Below, in pieces: positions 47,158-60,265 of a stretch of 64,000 nucleotides of DNA. Every line of letters begins with the position of its first letter. The stretch's first letter is position 1. The stretch spans positions 71,114,001 through 71,178,000 of the forward strand of contig NC_058378.1 of assembly GCF_018350175.1 (NCBI RefSeq), read 5' to 3'. The stretch comes from Felis catus. Its lineage: Eukaryota. Made by a program: the position numbers and the translations under genes. The notes under the pieces are model-generated. The model was given only the letters and a program-made list of their open reading frames with translations. It did not search any database and had not been told where the DNA came from.

Positions 47158-47715
47158 TGCTAATGGGCTGAATTACGCACCCCCACCTTCATATATTAAG
47201 TCCTAGCCCCCAATACCTCAGAATGTAGGAGGAGAAAGTGTTGTCAAAGAGGTAACTAACATTAGGGATGCCTGGATGGCTCAGTAGGTTAAGTGTCTGA
47301 CTTCAGCTCGGGTCATGATCTCGCAGCTTGTGAGTTCGGGCCCCGCGTCAGGCTCTCTGCTGTCAGCTCGGAGCCCGCTTCAGATCCTCTGTTTCCTTCT
47401 CTCTCTCCCCCTCCCACCCCCTCTCTCAAAAATAAATAAATATAAAAAAAAAAAGAGGTAATTAACATTAAATGAGGTCACTAGGACAGGCCCGAAACCA
47501 ATATAACTGGTATTCTTTCTTGTATGAAGAAATTTGGACACGGCCATGCACACAGAGGGAAGATGGTATGACGGCCCAGAGAGAAGACGGCCATCTGTAA
47601 GGAAGAGAGGGAGGCCTCGGAAGGAACTGACCCTTCCCGACACCTTGAGCTCAGATTCCCGGCCTCCCGAACTCTGAGAAAACATTTCTGTTGCTTGAGC
47701 CACGCAGTTGGTGGC
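47158..47715 (+). mobile_element. MLT1-type MaLR LTR, interrupted by a Can-SINE
   Basis: tgctaatgggctgaatt...aagtcctagccccc...gaagacggccatct...atttctgttgcttgagcca. Confidence 0.8.
47265..47451 (+). mobile_element. Can-SINE nested in the MLT1 LTR
   Basis: 19-bp TSD aaagaggtaa(c/t)taacatta at 47246-47264 and 47452-47470. Confidence 0.92.
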
Positions 47716-47751
47716 TTAGGCCCAACTCCAAGGCCCCCGGGCCACACTTAC

Positions 47752-47880
47752 TGCTGCTTTTGGTGTAAAGCCGGAGGAGCTCAGCCAGGCCACTCTTCTT
47801 GACCACAGCGGTGCTGCTCAGGCTCTCTTGGTCGAGAATCTTGAGGAAGTCATCCAGCTCTGTCAACAGCTGCTCCAGGG
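47752..47880 (-). CDS. AFAP1L2: AFAP1L2 exon 2 (ALEQLLTELDDFLKILDQESLSSTAVVKKSGLAELLRLYTKSS)
   Basis: tctctag acceptor, gtaagt donor, 129 nt; AFAP-family N-terminal helical motif. Confidence 0.96.
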
Positions 47881-48787
47881 CTAGAGACAGGAAAGAGAAG
47901 AATCCGTTACAGCAGTTGCCTTCTCTCCAAAGGCCCAGCTCAGAGGGGCACCTCCTGATCCTGCATCACCTCGACATGCGCCCTGTGGTCCTGAGGGGGA
48001 GGGGCTTGGGGTAAGGCCTGGAAGCACCTGGCGTGGGGGGGCGGGGGGTGGCAGCCAAAAGGTGGTCCTGGGGAGAGGAAAACAGGCCCTTGGCTTTGAG
48101 ATGGATAACCTTGGCTGACGCTGCAGGTCTACCGTTTGCTGGATTGACAGCGGCCAAGACGGCCCAGACAAGCCCATCGGGCCACGTGAGTCTGGAAACA
48201 GGATTTGCTTCCTTGAGAAAAGTTCAATCAGGACGGTTCAGGGCCTGGGGAACTTGAATGCAGGTCAAACCCATAACCATCAAAAGAAATGCTGTGGTTG
48301 GCCCAGTTGTTGATCCCTTCCCCAAGGACAGGGAAGCAGAGTCACTCCGAGGAGACGAAACCGTGAGTACGCTGTCCCCACAGAATTATGGATGATCCCT
48401 CAAAAGCCACGGTTATTGGGCAAACAGAAAAACAAAACCTTCCTGAGTTTCTTCAGTAACTAAGCCACCTCAGCCTGAAATGGAGTCCAGCATCACTCCC
48501 AAGCTGGCTGTGGGCTCTGGTCCCACAGATCAAGGTATCAAATAGGCTCCCACAAGGACCACCAGGGTAGAGACACTTGTCATTTCTAGCTGGAACCACC
48601 TTGCAGACATGACAGTGCAGAGGACAACAGTGTAGGAACAGGGCATTCACCGTTGTTGCTATTATTACTATTTGTGATCTAATTTCTATTAAGAATAGGA
48701 TGCTGCATTTGCTGATGGGGTCGTCACCTTGGCTCTCCTGCCCGGCTGGCTCTCCAGAACATGCTCAGGAATGACAGCCAGCTCCTT

Positions 48788-49001
48788 TTTTTTTTTTTTT
48801 CTAATCTTTATTTATTTTTGAGAGAGAGACAGCATGTGAGCAGGGGAAGAGCAGAGAGAGAGGGAGAGACAGAATCCGAAGCAGGTTCCAGGCTCCGAGC
48901 TGTCAGCACAGAGCCCGACGTGGGGCTCGAACTCACGAACTGTGAGATCATGACCTGAGCCGAAGTCGGACGCTCAACCGACTGAGCCGCCCAGGCGCCC
49001 C
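48788..49001 (-). mobile_element. Can-SINE (young, CpG-rich)
   Basis: Near-consensus; TSD gacagcca(g/t)ctcctt. Confidence 0.94.
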
Positions 49002-49029
49002 GACAGCCATCTCCTTAAGGCTCTACTCT

Positions 49030-49415
49030 CTGCTTTCCAAACCTGGCTGCACTGGGTCCCCTGGAGGGCTTTAAACAGTCCTGATACCTGGAGTAGCTGG
49101 GTGGCTCAGTCGGTTGAGCATCTGACTCTTGATTTTGGCCCAGGTCATGGATCTCACAGTTCGTGAGTTCAAGACCCAAGTTGGGCTCTGTGCGGACAGC
49201 GTGGAGCCTGCTTGGGATTCACCCCCCACCCCCTGCTTTCTCTTTCTCTCTCTCCAAAATAAATAAACATTTTTTAAAAGTTTTAAAAAATCCTGATACT
49301 TAAGGCACACCTCAGATTGATGATATCAGAATCTCTGGGAGTAGCACCCAGGGGTCAGCAGTTCTAAAACTTGCTAAGGTGATCCCAATGTGCAGCCGAC
49401 ATGGAGAACCGCGGG
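49030..49415. mobile_element. MER5A-like DNA transposon interrupted by a Can-SINE
   Basis: tttccaaacctggctgcac...atcagaatctctggg...aggtgatcccaatgtgcagcc. Confidence 0.7.
49090..49290 (+). mobile_element. Can-SINE nested in the MER5A-like element
   Basis: SINEC body; TSD core tcctgatac. Confidence 0.9.
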
Positions 49416-51752
49416 TCTACTGGCAGTGACAGGGGCTCCACCTGAGGGCCCTGCTCCCAAACACAGAAGCCAAGAAGCCCGACTTGTCTTTTGTCACCTG
49501 CTGTGGGAACTCCGAGCAGTCACGCAATCTCTCCCAGCTCCTGTCCTCATCTGGAAAGTGGAGAAGACCACACAGGCCCTACCCATTTCACAGAGTTGTT
49601 GGAAGTGACAAAACCTGTGAGCTCAATGAGAGGACTACATCTGTCTTACGTCTTTGGCACCTAGCACTGTTGTAACTGTTGAATGTTTATGGAATGAATG
49701 AATGAATGAATGAATGAATGAGTTCACTAGGCACCTACTAGTTCACAACAAGTTGAAGAGATAAGCATCATTATGCCCATGTTTTACAGGTGGGCCCGAG
49801 GGCCCAGAGAAGGCCCATAAGGTCCCACGTGGCCCACGGCAGAGAGCTCATTTGCTGTCTGATTCTTAAGACTGAGCTATTGGCAACGCTCGACTGGGTG
49901 TTTCTATCCATGTAGTGCGTTCTTCCAGCATCTCCCAAAGGCCTAGCTCCCCAGAACTGAACAAGAGCCGAAGATTATCCCCTCACCCCTTTCATTAGAA
50001 AAAGAAGCTGTCGTGCTCTCCCGGTTCTAAGGGAGAGACACGCAGTCTCTTTCTGGTCCGACACCCCCACGGATCTCAGTGGGGTAGTAGCCTCTGAAAC
50101 CCATCCCTGCAAAACCAAATTCCCTGGAATGAACGTTGCTATTGCCAGAGGAAGGGAAGGGGGTGAGGATTTGCTTGTTTCAGGGAACGGCAGTGACAGC
50201 AGTGCCGGCGTGTGTGACTGTCACGTCAGACACGGGGGTCAGCCAGCTCGCCCACACGGGTGTGCACTGCCTGGCAAAATCAGAGCCCTCTCTTCCTGGC
50301 AGGGGTACTCACAAAGGAAACTCCACTTTGCCAAAGCCGGAGGAGAAGAAGCAGAGAAACCTTCACTCTCCCTCTCAGGGTCCTGGTAAAGGATGAAGAA
50401 CCGAGCAAGCGCCACAGAGGTCCCCGTGTCCACTCCCCTCTGGCTTGTCAAGAGCCGAGTGAAGGTAAAACACAGCCAGCAGCCCCGATGCCGCATGTAG
50501 TCAATGATGGCTCAGCTCATACGCTTAGAGGCGAGCTGGAAGGTGGCCCTCATCTCTGCCAGTGGTGACGTGGGTACCTGGTGAGCGCCAAGATGAGGCA
50601 AGAGGGAAGCCATGTTTGGGTGGTCCTGTCTGGGTAGGAGCCCTCGGCCAACAGCAGACTCTCTTGCCCCATTCCTGGGTATTGGGAAGACTACCACAGC
50701 GGGTCTCCAAGAGGCCAGTGGCTTTTGCCCGGGTCACTAAAAACCGATTAGACTCTCAGCAGAGCAGAATTCGAAAGGGCAGCAGCAAGAGCCCCCAGAG
50801 GCCACCAATCAGTAAGGATCAGGTGAGACCCCAGGGTGAGCCCAGCACTGAGCTGGGCCCTTGGCCTAAACTACCCAGGAAATTTAGATGGAGGCCAGGA
50901 CAGTGTGGTTCTTGCCTTCTGCAAACTCACAGGCAGAACAAGGCCAGCCCCAAGATTTCCAGACCAAGGGACACCACCAAAACTCCTCACCAAGAAGTGC
51001 GAGAGCAGGTCAGACAAGAGTCCTAGGCCTGGAAGGCTTCTGGGAAGACGTACAGTAGGGTAAGGTCTTAGGTTGTTTTTTGTTTGGTTTTGAGTGTTTT
51101 CTGAACAGCTATTCATGACTTTCCTGTTGGCTGCAGGAACTCAACAGGCCAAAAAGCAGTGAATTTGAAGAAGTCCAGACCGAGAGAACAAAGGGCAAAT
51201 CTGAGGAAATGACACCGAGCCTTGAACTCAGCTACAGTGGCTGTGGAAAAGCCAAGGGGCCATGCAAGGCAGTCAGCATCTCGAGTTGTGCTTTTCCTGA
51301 CCTTCTGAACCCTTCCAGGCTGTGCCTGCCGCTGCTTCCGCTACAGAAAAGAAAAAGGCACTAAAACTCAAGCATGTCTTTGGTTTCACATCCTCAGCTA
51401 TTCCCCAAAGCTGCCCGATTCCTGGAAAACAGCTTCAGTTTGTTTCCAAGCAAGCAAACATGTACGGGGCCAAAGGGTAAGAAGGTCGTGCCTGCTTCTG
51501 AGGAGACAGAGTTGACTGGAAAGGGGTCCCAGCCTTTCCAGGAGCTCCAAGTCTGGAGAGGGGGTGCCCAGGGGGTATACCGGGGGAGAAGAGAAGAGAC
51601 TCGGGAGAGTCCCCGAGGATCAAGACACAGACTCTAGGGTTATCTGCAGGAAGAATATAGAAGTGGGTCACTGAGGATGCATAGGAGTTCACGGGGAAGG
51701 GGCAGAGGCATTTTAGGAAAAGGGAAAGAGCTGCTCAGAAGACCCAAGTGCT

Positions 51753-51964
51753 GCGGGCGCCTGGGTGGCTCAGTTGTTTAAGTGTCTGACTTCAGCTCAG
51801 GTCATGATCTCGCAGTTCGTGAGGTCGAGCCCCGGGACGGGCTCTGTGCTGCTGACATCTCAGAGCCTGGAGCCTGCTTTGGATTCTGTGTCTCCCTCTC
51901 TCTCTGTCCCTCCCTCACTCATGCTCTTTCTCTCTCTCTCTCTCTCAAAAATAAAGATTAAAAA
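51753..51964 (+). mobile_element. Can-SINE
   Basis: SINEC consensus-like; TSD agaagacc(c/t)aag(t/c)gct. Confidence 0.92.
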
Positions 51965-54129
51965 AGAAGACCTAAGCGCTGAAAGCACATGGACTAGTTG
52001 AGAAAGCACAAGTCTGTCTGTACACTAGGGCACACGGAGCACGGGAGCAGGGGGCGATGGCGGGCTCCGAGGCCAGAACTGCCGAGTTCGATCATGCATG
52101 CACACCATAAAGGCTTGACCTGCTTCCCTAAGGAGTCAGTGCCTTACCCCGCAGGGCCTCTGGAAAATGCAGCGGGAAGGCCATGCACATTATTCTTCCA
52201 ACAGGCCAGAGACAGGATAACCCCGCAGACAGCAGGGAGGACAGGGGGACCACGGGGGGAGGCACCATGGGCAGCACATTAGCACAGATGAGAACGACAA
52301 GGGTGTGATGACCTAACCACAACATCCAGGGGCCATGCAGGATGCTGCACCCCGCCACCTCCAATTCTCCCAGCTACCCCACGAGTGCACAGCATGGGCT
52401 CCTGAGGCCTGTATCTATAGTTAGAGGTGGCACGGGGGCTCAAATTCAAGTACGTCTTAAGCCCAAAGCGCATGCTGTCTGTCGTCCCTTGGCTGTAGCC
52501 ATTCCTAAGTCAGGGAGGTTTATGTAGGTCATGACCTCTGCATCCTGTTCCATCGTACTGGGCAAAGGGGACGGGGGGAGGGGGGCAGGGGACTCTAGAT
52601 AGTATGTAGAGGCAATGGGACCTGGTGATAATTCCATGAGATGAGGGACTTAAGAGGCCCTGAGTGACTGAGAGTCAGACACACAGAATGCCATCAGACA
52701 CACAGACTTGAAGACACTGTAGTGAGACACGCCGTGTGGTCTCTGCCACAGGAGAACACACAGGCATGGCTAGTGGGTCGTGGGGCACCAAGAAAGCATT
52801 CTCCTCGAAAATGGCTATGCTAGGTGAAGGGCAAGCACCAGGGTTGAAGAAATGCAGGACCAGGAACCCGAGTCACAAAGCCCGGGATGTCATTTCTGTC
52901 TCTCTCTCTGCATCAGCCTTCAAGGTCCATCCATCTACACAGCAGCCCGTGACCAAGAGCAATCAGCTTCTGCCTCCTTGGACTCCTCACCATCAAAGCC
53001 AGTTGTTCATGGTCGTCTCCTTGTATTCCCAGTCAGTATCCCAGGCGACGCACGAGCTCTTCCTGGTTGAGGGTCAGCCTTTGCAGGTTCAGGGCTCTGA
53101 AGAGGTGCTAAGCACAGCAGAGGCCAGGGATTCTCCTGTGATCATACCCTTTCAGGCCCAGCTCCTGGCTCTTAGAAATAACAATCAACAAAAGCAGGGC
53201 CCTAATTTGTGCCAACCCTGCTGACATTTTTCAGCCCTCAGAGCTGGGAGGAATGTGGCTATTTCATTGAGGCTCTGGAAGGCACCCATCCCATTTCCCT
53301 CCCCGTCCCCCCCCCCCCCCCCCCCCCCCCACTCCTCAACACTTCTCACTTTGGTCTCTCTCGTCCTCCAGCAGAGGGAGGGGAAAAAATAAGTGTGTTG
53401 TTCATTCTGGAAACTGTAGGCCCTTGTGCAGGCTTTCCATCCTGGCTCTGTTAAAGTTCAGAGTTGTCTGCTCAGGGTCTGACAAATCATCAATAAGATT
53501 CTTGTTCAGGGCTTCGAAGGCCCACGCAGAGCTGGGAGGTTCAACTGCTCGATTCATTGTCCTCGGCCATGGCCAAGCTCTGCCTCCAGATGACCTCCTC
53601 CCCCGGTTTTTCTCATCTTGAGGCAGTCTTGCCTTTTGGTCACTAGGTTCCCAACCATAAATATCTTCCCAACATGCCGAAAGAGCTGTTCCTCATGGTT
53701 CCCCTGCTGTTTCATGCACACATTTTTATTTATTCAGCTGCATTTGCTGAAGACCCATGATTGAGCACGATTTTCCTTCCAAACATGAAACGAAACAAAC
53801 CTATTCTTTAAGTAAAAAGACATGCATCCCACTCTCTACCCCAAACAGTTCCCGAGATGAAGCCACTGGGCATATTATCTGCATGAACCCAACCGCTAAG
53901 CACGTGGAAGACGTTTCTGTGATGAGAGAGAACACCGTGTCATTGCAGCAGAGGGCAGACAATGGCAGGTCGGTTCCTCCTGATCACAGAGAATCCTCAA
54001 GTTCTCAAGAAGGAGGTTTTGGAAAATGTTCCCTTTCGTTCCACCTAAGAAGGGACACATCAGGCCAACGTCTCCTGCCTTCAGAAGAGTCAAATGCCAA
54101 GCCAGCCTTTGCCAAGTACCTGCTGTGTT

Positions 54130-54520
54130 TTTCTTTTTTATGGTGGCAAGAGACCCATGACATAAAACTGACCATTTTAATCACTCTGAAGTGTACAAAT
54201 TAGTGGCATTAGGTACATTGACAATGCTATCCCTATGGATTTGCCAATTCTAGACATTTCAAATATACACGGAGTCAAGGAACATGTGGCCTTTTGTTGA
54301 ATGGCTTCTTTCACTGTGCACGAACGATTTCAAGGTTCATCCGTGTTGTAGCCTCTGTCAGTATTTCATGCCTTCTTATCCCCGGAAACCTGCGTTGCCT
54401 TTGAGGTCTGAGTCCTTTTCCTTAACGGAAAGCATTTGAGATTTGTCTATGTTGTTGCATGTGTGAGAAGCTTGCCCCTTTTGATTGCCGTGTGATATTC
54501 CACTTTATAGATGTCGGAAG
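54130..54520 (-). mobile_element. L1MB-like 3' remnant
   Basis: cataaaactgaccatttta...gtgtacaaattagtggcattaggtacattgacaatg; ttcaaggttcatccgtgttgtagc. Confidence 0.7.
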
Positions 54521-54707
54521 CCCGAATATCTGCCTCCATGTGTCCATAGGTCTCCTCTGCTGCGTGCTTCTGCACAGACACGGCAAGTTCCTGTCTCCTG
54601 ACACCAACGTGTGCTCTTGAAAGCACCTTCCTGCTGGCTTGAAAGGGTACGCCTGCTTTCGGTACACTTCACGGACGACCACTCAGGGGCTCAGATACAA
54701 AAGGAAA

Positions 54708-54892
54708 AGTGGTGATTGTCAGCAATAGCGGGACAATGGAATCATCTGGGGAGTTAAAAAAAAAAAAATTCCTGATGCCTGCATCTACCTCCAGAGATCC
54801 TGCTGGAATTGCTCTGAGTGTAGTCTGGGCCCCAGGAGTTTTTAAAGCTTCCCAGGAGATTCTAATGTGCAGCTAAGGTGATAAACCACTGA
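54708..54892. mobile_element. MER5A/B-like DNA transposon
   Basis: gaatcatctggggag...ccaggagattctaatgtgcagc...aaccactg. Confidence 0.7.
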
Positions 54893-55299
54893 GATGAAAA
54901 GAAAAGTGTGATTAATGCTTCATAAAAAGTCTTTTTACTTTATATGTTTGGATAAAAACACACTTCAATAGTGTTTCTATAGGACTCGATTCTGATTTTA
55001 CTTGTAGAACTTTGCAGAACTTTCTAGGTTGATTCCTGGTATATAGTCAGAGATGTTTGAAAATACCTTCCCCCCCCCCAAAAGTCTTTTCCATCCTGGA
55101 CAGTAAGGATGTGGAAGGCAAGGACCACCATGTCTATGTGTTTACCCATTGTTGAACTCAGCTGTTTATCACTGAGGACCAGCACCCAAAAGATTCACAG
55201 GCCACCCCTGTCATGGACCAGCGTCATGGACCACAGTTTCTCCAGTGTAAGAAATACTCCAGGAGTTCTTATCTCCATCTTTAAGAAACGGTGGGGAGC

Positions 55300-55502
55300 G
55301 GCAGGCACCTGGGTGACTCCGTCAGTTAAGCACCAACTCCGGCTTGGGTCACGATCTTGCAGTTCATGGGTTTGGGCCCCATGTCGGTCTCTGTGCTGAC
55401 GGCTCGGAGCCTGGAGCCTGCTTCGGATTCTGTGTCTCCTCCCTCTCTGCCCCTCCCCCGCTCACACTCTGTCTCTCTCTCTCTCAAAAATAAACATTAA
55501 AA
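55300..55502 (+). mobile_element. Can-SINE (older member of a tandem pair)
   Basis: Diverged SINEC head, CT tract, tail followed by a T run. Confidence 0.88.
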
Positions 55503-55540
55503 TTTTTTTTTTTTTTTTTTTTAAGAAACGGCAAGGAGGA

Positions 55541-55766
55541 GGGGCGCCTGGGTGGCGCAGTCGGTTAAGCATCCGACTTCAGCCAGGTCATGATCTCGCG
55601 GTCCGTGAGTTCGAGCCCCGCGTCGGGCTCTGGGCTGACGGCTCAGAGCCTGGAGCCTGCTTCCGATTCTGTGTTTCCCTCTCTCTCTGCCCCTCGCCCA
55701 TTCATGCTCTGTCTCTCTCTGTTCCAAAAATAAACAAACGTTGAAAAAAAAATTTTTTTAAATAAA
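55541..55766 (+). mobile_element. Can-SINE (young SINEC_Fc)
   Basis: Near-consensus; perfect 18-bp TSD aagaaacggcaaggagga at 55523-55540 and 55767-55784. Confidence 0.95.
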
Positions 55767-57814
55767 AAGAAACGGCAAGGAGGAGAGAATTTTGCTTCGT
55801 TTACTAGCAGTGTGCAAGAGCTGCCCCTTGCTGGGCCTGATGTTCCAGGTCAGCTTGTCACCATTTTTGTACGATCTGCTTTTTTTCGCCTATCTTGGAG
55901 TCTCATCACTTAGGACACTTTCCCCGAGAAGAGGCCGCCCTCTGCGTTCCCGGGTTAGTTGGGCGGGCTGGAGACACGGGACACATGGTCTGCTGCAGCT
56001 TGCGTTACTGGAAAAACAACGCGAGTTGCTTGCTCACCGGTGACCTCTCAAATGGAACCAGCCTCCCCAAGAGCAGAATTCCAGCCCCAGCCGTGGAGCC
56101 AGCTGGAACCGGAGCTGCTTAGTTAGGGCCCTTCAGAAATGCACACAGTAACAGCCGAAGACATCAAACAGGGCAGAGCGAAGCAGAGAGGCCCGGGGCC
56201 TGCTGAGGGCCACTCCCCCCCCACCCTCCCCGCCACCCCGCTCTACCTCAGTCTACCCAAAGCACCACCTGTCCCGTGAGCCCGGCAGCACATGGCCAGT
56301 TGGCCATTGTCCTTTCTTATTTTTCTGTTTGTCCCATGAAGGCAAGTCCTCTGTCTCCAGTGAAAATGAAAGCCCTCTGTAGTAGCAGCTACCTGGCTTG
56401 GTAATGCTTTACTCAAAGTCAGTGCTTGGAAAACATCAGCTGAGCACAAGGAAAGACAGACACAGACAGACGTACACACGCGCGCACACACAAGCTAATG
56501 AAAACTCCTAAGTTGCCTCCTGCAAAAGGGTCTGGGCTGGTCTGTCCAGGAGGCCAGGGCAGAGGGCTCTCTGATCCCTGGCCGTAATTGCAGTCCCTGC
56601 CCCAGGTCACATAACATCTCTGGAATGACCACCCAGAGGCGGCCCCTGGCAGGTGAATGGGCTGGGAGCATATAAGGTGTCTCAGTCCCAGATGGCGCCG
56701 TGGTGGGAACACTTCCTCAAGGGTGCGGGTAGGAAGGACATGGAGGCATCTGGGCCCCCCCCCCCCCCCCGGGACCAGGAACCCGGAGCCCGAGCTCGGT
56801 CCCCGGGGCACTGCAGCAGCTCAAGGGGCACACGAGGGCAGGGGCGAGACTCGCCAGGTTCTAGCAGCCACCAGGGGCCGGGCCAGACAAAGAGGCTTTG
56901 GGGCCCGGGGAGGCCTTTGTTCCCCAACCCAGTCAGGACATTCCTTAAATGCAATCTGCCAGAAGAGTGGCTTCATTCAGACTTGGCGGAGGCCCGTTGT
57001 GTGGGTGGGGCGCAAAGGTTCGGGGGGGGTGGCTCTCTGCGTGGCAGGTCCCACAGCTGGTACAAACCACTCCAGTCTCTGAACGAGAGGCTGTCAGGGG
57101 TCACCCAAGGTCACACTGGAAGTTTGGGAAGTACTGTCTGACAGAAAAAGAAGAAGGCTGGAAAGGAACAGTGGTTATCTGTCAGTGGAGGGGTTATGGG
57201 AAGGTTCGCGTTCTTCCTTTCCATCCCCCTGTTCGGCAAAGCCGAAGAGGGACTTGTCGCCCGGAGAGAAGCCACGGCTACGGCAGCTGCCGTGCTTTTG
57301 GTTCACTTGCTATTTGTATTAGAGAAAAAGGACACAAACTAAACATGTAGAGAGAGAAAAAAAAGATGATCCTCCATCCCGATTTCCTGTTTCTTTCCAG
57401 CATTTGGCAGAAGCAATCCAACACCATTGGACTGATGTGTTGAGAAGAAGCTGTATCCTGTTCAGGCCTCTGCCTCCAAGGAGGTCAAAATCAGCCCCAG
57501 CAACCCAAAACCACCACCATCCCGGCCTTGGACTTGGCAGGAGGCTGCTCCCCCCGCCCCGAGCCGATTCAGGCCCATCGGCCCACACAGACAAGAGCCC
57601 TACCTCGAGCTCCAGGCAGCTGGGCTGGGGAACAAAGGCCTCCCAGCCCCTCAAGCTTCTTTGTCTGGTGGCTCCCAGAATCTGGAGTGTCTCACCCCTG
57701 CCCTCATGCTCCTGTGGGTTCTCTGGGCTCCTTCCTGGTCCAGAGGCAAGCAAGTCCTTCCGGCCCCTCCCACCCAAACCATGTTCCAGATTCAAACTGC
57801 CCAAGTCTTAGCTC

Positions 57815-57990
57815 CAAATCTGGGTTCATTCCTGGCTTCACTATACACTGGCTATGTGGCCTTGGGGGGCTTAATTAACTTCTTTGGGCCTCAGTTTCCT
57901 CATTTATAAAGTGGGGTTAATAATAGTACCTGCTTTAACAGGATTTGTGTAAAGATCACAAGTAATCCCATCAAGTGTGTACACTAAGTT
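57815..57990. mobile_element. MIR remnant
   Basis: ctgggttcattcctggcttca...gggcctcagtttcctcatttataaagtgggg. Confidence 0.7.
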
Positions 57991-58609
57991 CGACGTCAGC
58001 TGCTAAATAAAATCTAAATTCCGCCAATAAGATGGATACAGAAAGCCTCCATAAACATATCCCCCCAAACCCCCCGCACAGACATACACACATATGTTAT
58101 AATTTGAGTAGGGCAGCTTCAAAAAGGTGATTGGAAATGTCTCTGATTTTGCAGGACTACTAAGCCATGTCCTCACGGAAGGTCAGCAAGGGCTTCTAGA
58201 AGGTGGAATTTGGGTTAAGCCCCTCTGGAGAATGACCTCCCTCAAAACACACACTGCTGAAAATAAACAAGTGAATGTTTTCAAAGCTCCTACGGCTGCC
58301 CAGCCCAGGTCTCAACAAGTTCAAATTGATCCCAGTAGCATACAGGGAGGAGAGTCAGTGCCAGGCTGTGATTTGAGAGGTAGCTGTCAGGTCCTTCCTT
58401 CTACTCTCGGTCTGTTTTCTAACCCTTCCCCCACCCCCACCCTCACCCCCAATGGGCTGCCATCTGCCTGCCTGCACAGCCAACCCAGTTTCCTTTGGGC
58501 AAAGGAAAACAAAAACACTGCCTGGGGAGGGATAAACCATGAGCCTGTGAGGTGCGTATCTATTGCATTCCCCCCTTCCCTAGCATCCACCTGCCCTTCT
58601 TATTTGTAC

Positions 58610-58940
58610 CCAGTTCTCCTTTTGGAAACCCCCTCACCCAACTGTATTTGTGGCTTGGGTAAGACCAGAACCCCCACCTCTACTGCATGGGTAGCCATAT
58701 GACCCTGGACCCAGCCAATCAAAGCACTTCCTGCCCCCAGCCAGTGACTGACTTCAGGATGGCCTCATGACCAGAGACAAGCCAATGGGCATCAGCCTTG
58801 GGGCTCTCCCGAGGCAGTGCCCATCTCCCTCCTCAGGCTCCCTGATCTGCTAAGAATGTCAACCCCAGGCCGCAGTGGCCACCTCTGGGAACAAGCTACC
58901 TGAGAAGGAAAACAGGGACTGGAGATTCTGAAGAGAACCT
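58610..58940 (+). mobile_element. Old ERVL LTR remnant (LTR16-like)
   Basis: ccagccaatcaaagca...cagtgactgacttcaggatgg...gccaatg motifs. Confidence 0.45.
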
Positions 58941-59789
58941 TTCAGCCCAGACTCAAACTAACCTTCCCCTTGTAACACTCGGTTATGTGTGGCAAGGACA
59001 TCCCATTTTTTCATTAAGCCAGATCAAGCAGGGGCGGGGGGGGGGGGGGGGTCTCCTTTGCTGGCAAATGGAGAGTAGACTACCGCAGCACATGTCTGGA
59101 TGCTGGAACCTGGGCCAGGCAGGGGAGATCTCAGGCCAAAGCAGGGTCACACAGTAAATACCAGAGCTCAGAATCAACAGGTCCTTCTGGCCCCAAGCCT
59201 GGAGTTTATCCGGAGTCATCTGAATCTACTTCGCATTGGTAAAGATTCGCTTATTAAAGCAGACTGTCCAGAAAGTGAAATTCAAAAACATTCTAATGAA
59301 AGCAAAGCATGGAGAAAGACCCAGGAAAAACAAAAAAAAAACCAAACACCTGGAGAAACCTGAGATAAAGTGTCACCAAGGCCTAGGGGGAGGGCAGAGG
59401 GCAGTGAACACAGCTTCTGATGGCCTTAGGAACAAGCTGGAGTGGAAACCTCCACGCCTCACTCCCCAGTGCCAGGGGCCAGACCCAGAGGATCAAACAG
59501 CTGATGAAATGGGTGTGGTGCGATTAAGTTATGAGACAGCCAGGAAAGAAGAGTCTGCCTAAAATGGTCCTTAATATTAGGAAGAATGGAAAAGCAAAAG
59601 TTCCACACAAAGGAGCAACTTTAACAGAGCCAGCAGATCTGAATGGCTGTCTAGCTAGGCTAACATCTCCAACGGACAAGAACTGATAATCACACAGAGA
59701 GCGGTGCGTAATACGTGAACCCCGTCGACTCGGAATCAGTCCCTTGCAGGGGTTAGGAATCAATAAGGAAGGAAAACTAATTCTTTTGG

Positions 59790-60265
59790 CCCACTTAATA
59801 TTCTTCCTCCCTTCTTTTGGTAATGGGAGGACCTATTCCATACGGTTCGGATTTGGCTGACCCCACCTTAGCCACAGGGGGTAGGCATGTGCCCGAGGAC
59901 TGGCCATCCTTCGGGCCACTGTGATGGATTCAAGCAAGGCCAGAATTTGCCTCAGGATTTGCTCTACGGGCTTTGAGAGCAGGAGGCCCTTCTTTTCTTT
60001 GGATTACAAGCCATGAGGATATATACTGGGAGCTGTAGGAGACCACTCCCCTTTCCAGTCTGAGGATAAAGCCAGTGTCCAGAAGGGAACAAAGCTGATC
60101 ACCAGAGAAAGATACAGGGCCCTACCCACTTTGCTAGAGTCCCTAGGTCCAGCCGTGCCCGAAGCTAACTTTGCACCTGCCGACTACAACTACATGAACC
60201 AATAAATTCCCTTTTCCACCTAGGCTGGTGTTTAGTCATTGCTGACCAAAAGGTCCTCATTAATA
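59790..60265 (+). mobile_element. Old ERVL LTR (LTR16-like)
   Basis: ggtccagccgtgcccgaagct...tacatgaaccaataaattccctttt...aaaaggtcctcattaata. Confidence 0.6.

Noticed and set aside
55541-55620. tRNA-like A/B box sequences
   Set aside because: tRNA-derived SINE heads followed by CT tracts, A tails and TSDs; not tRNA genes
55283-55784. Three direct repeats with long spacers resembling a CRISPR-like array
   Set aside because: Eukaryotic DNA; the repeats are target-site duplications around SINEs
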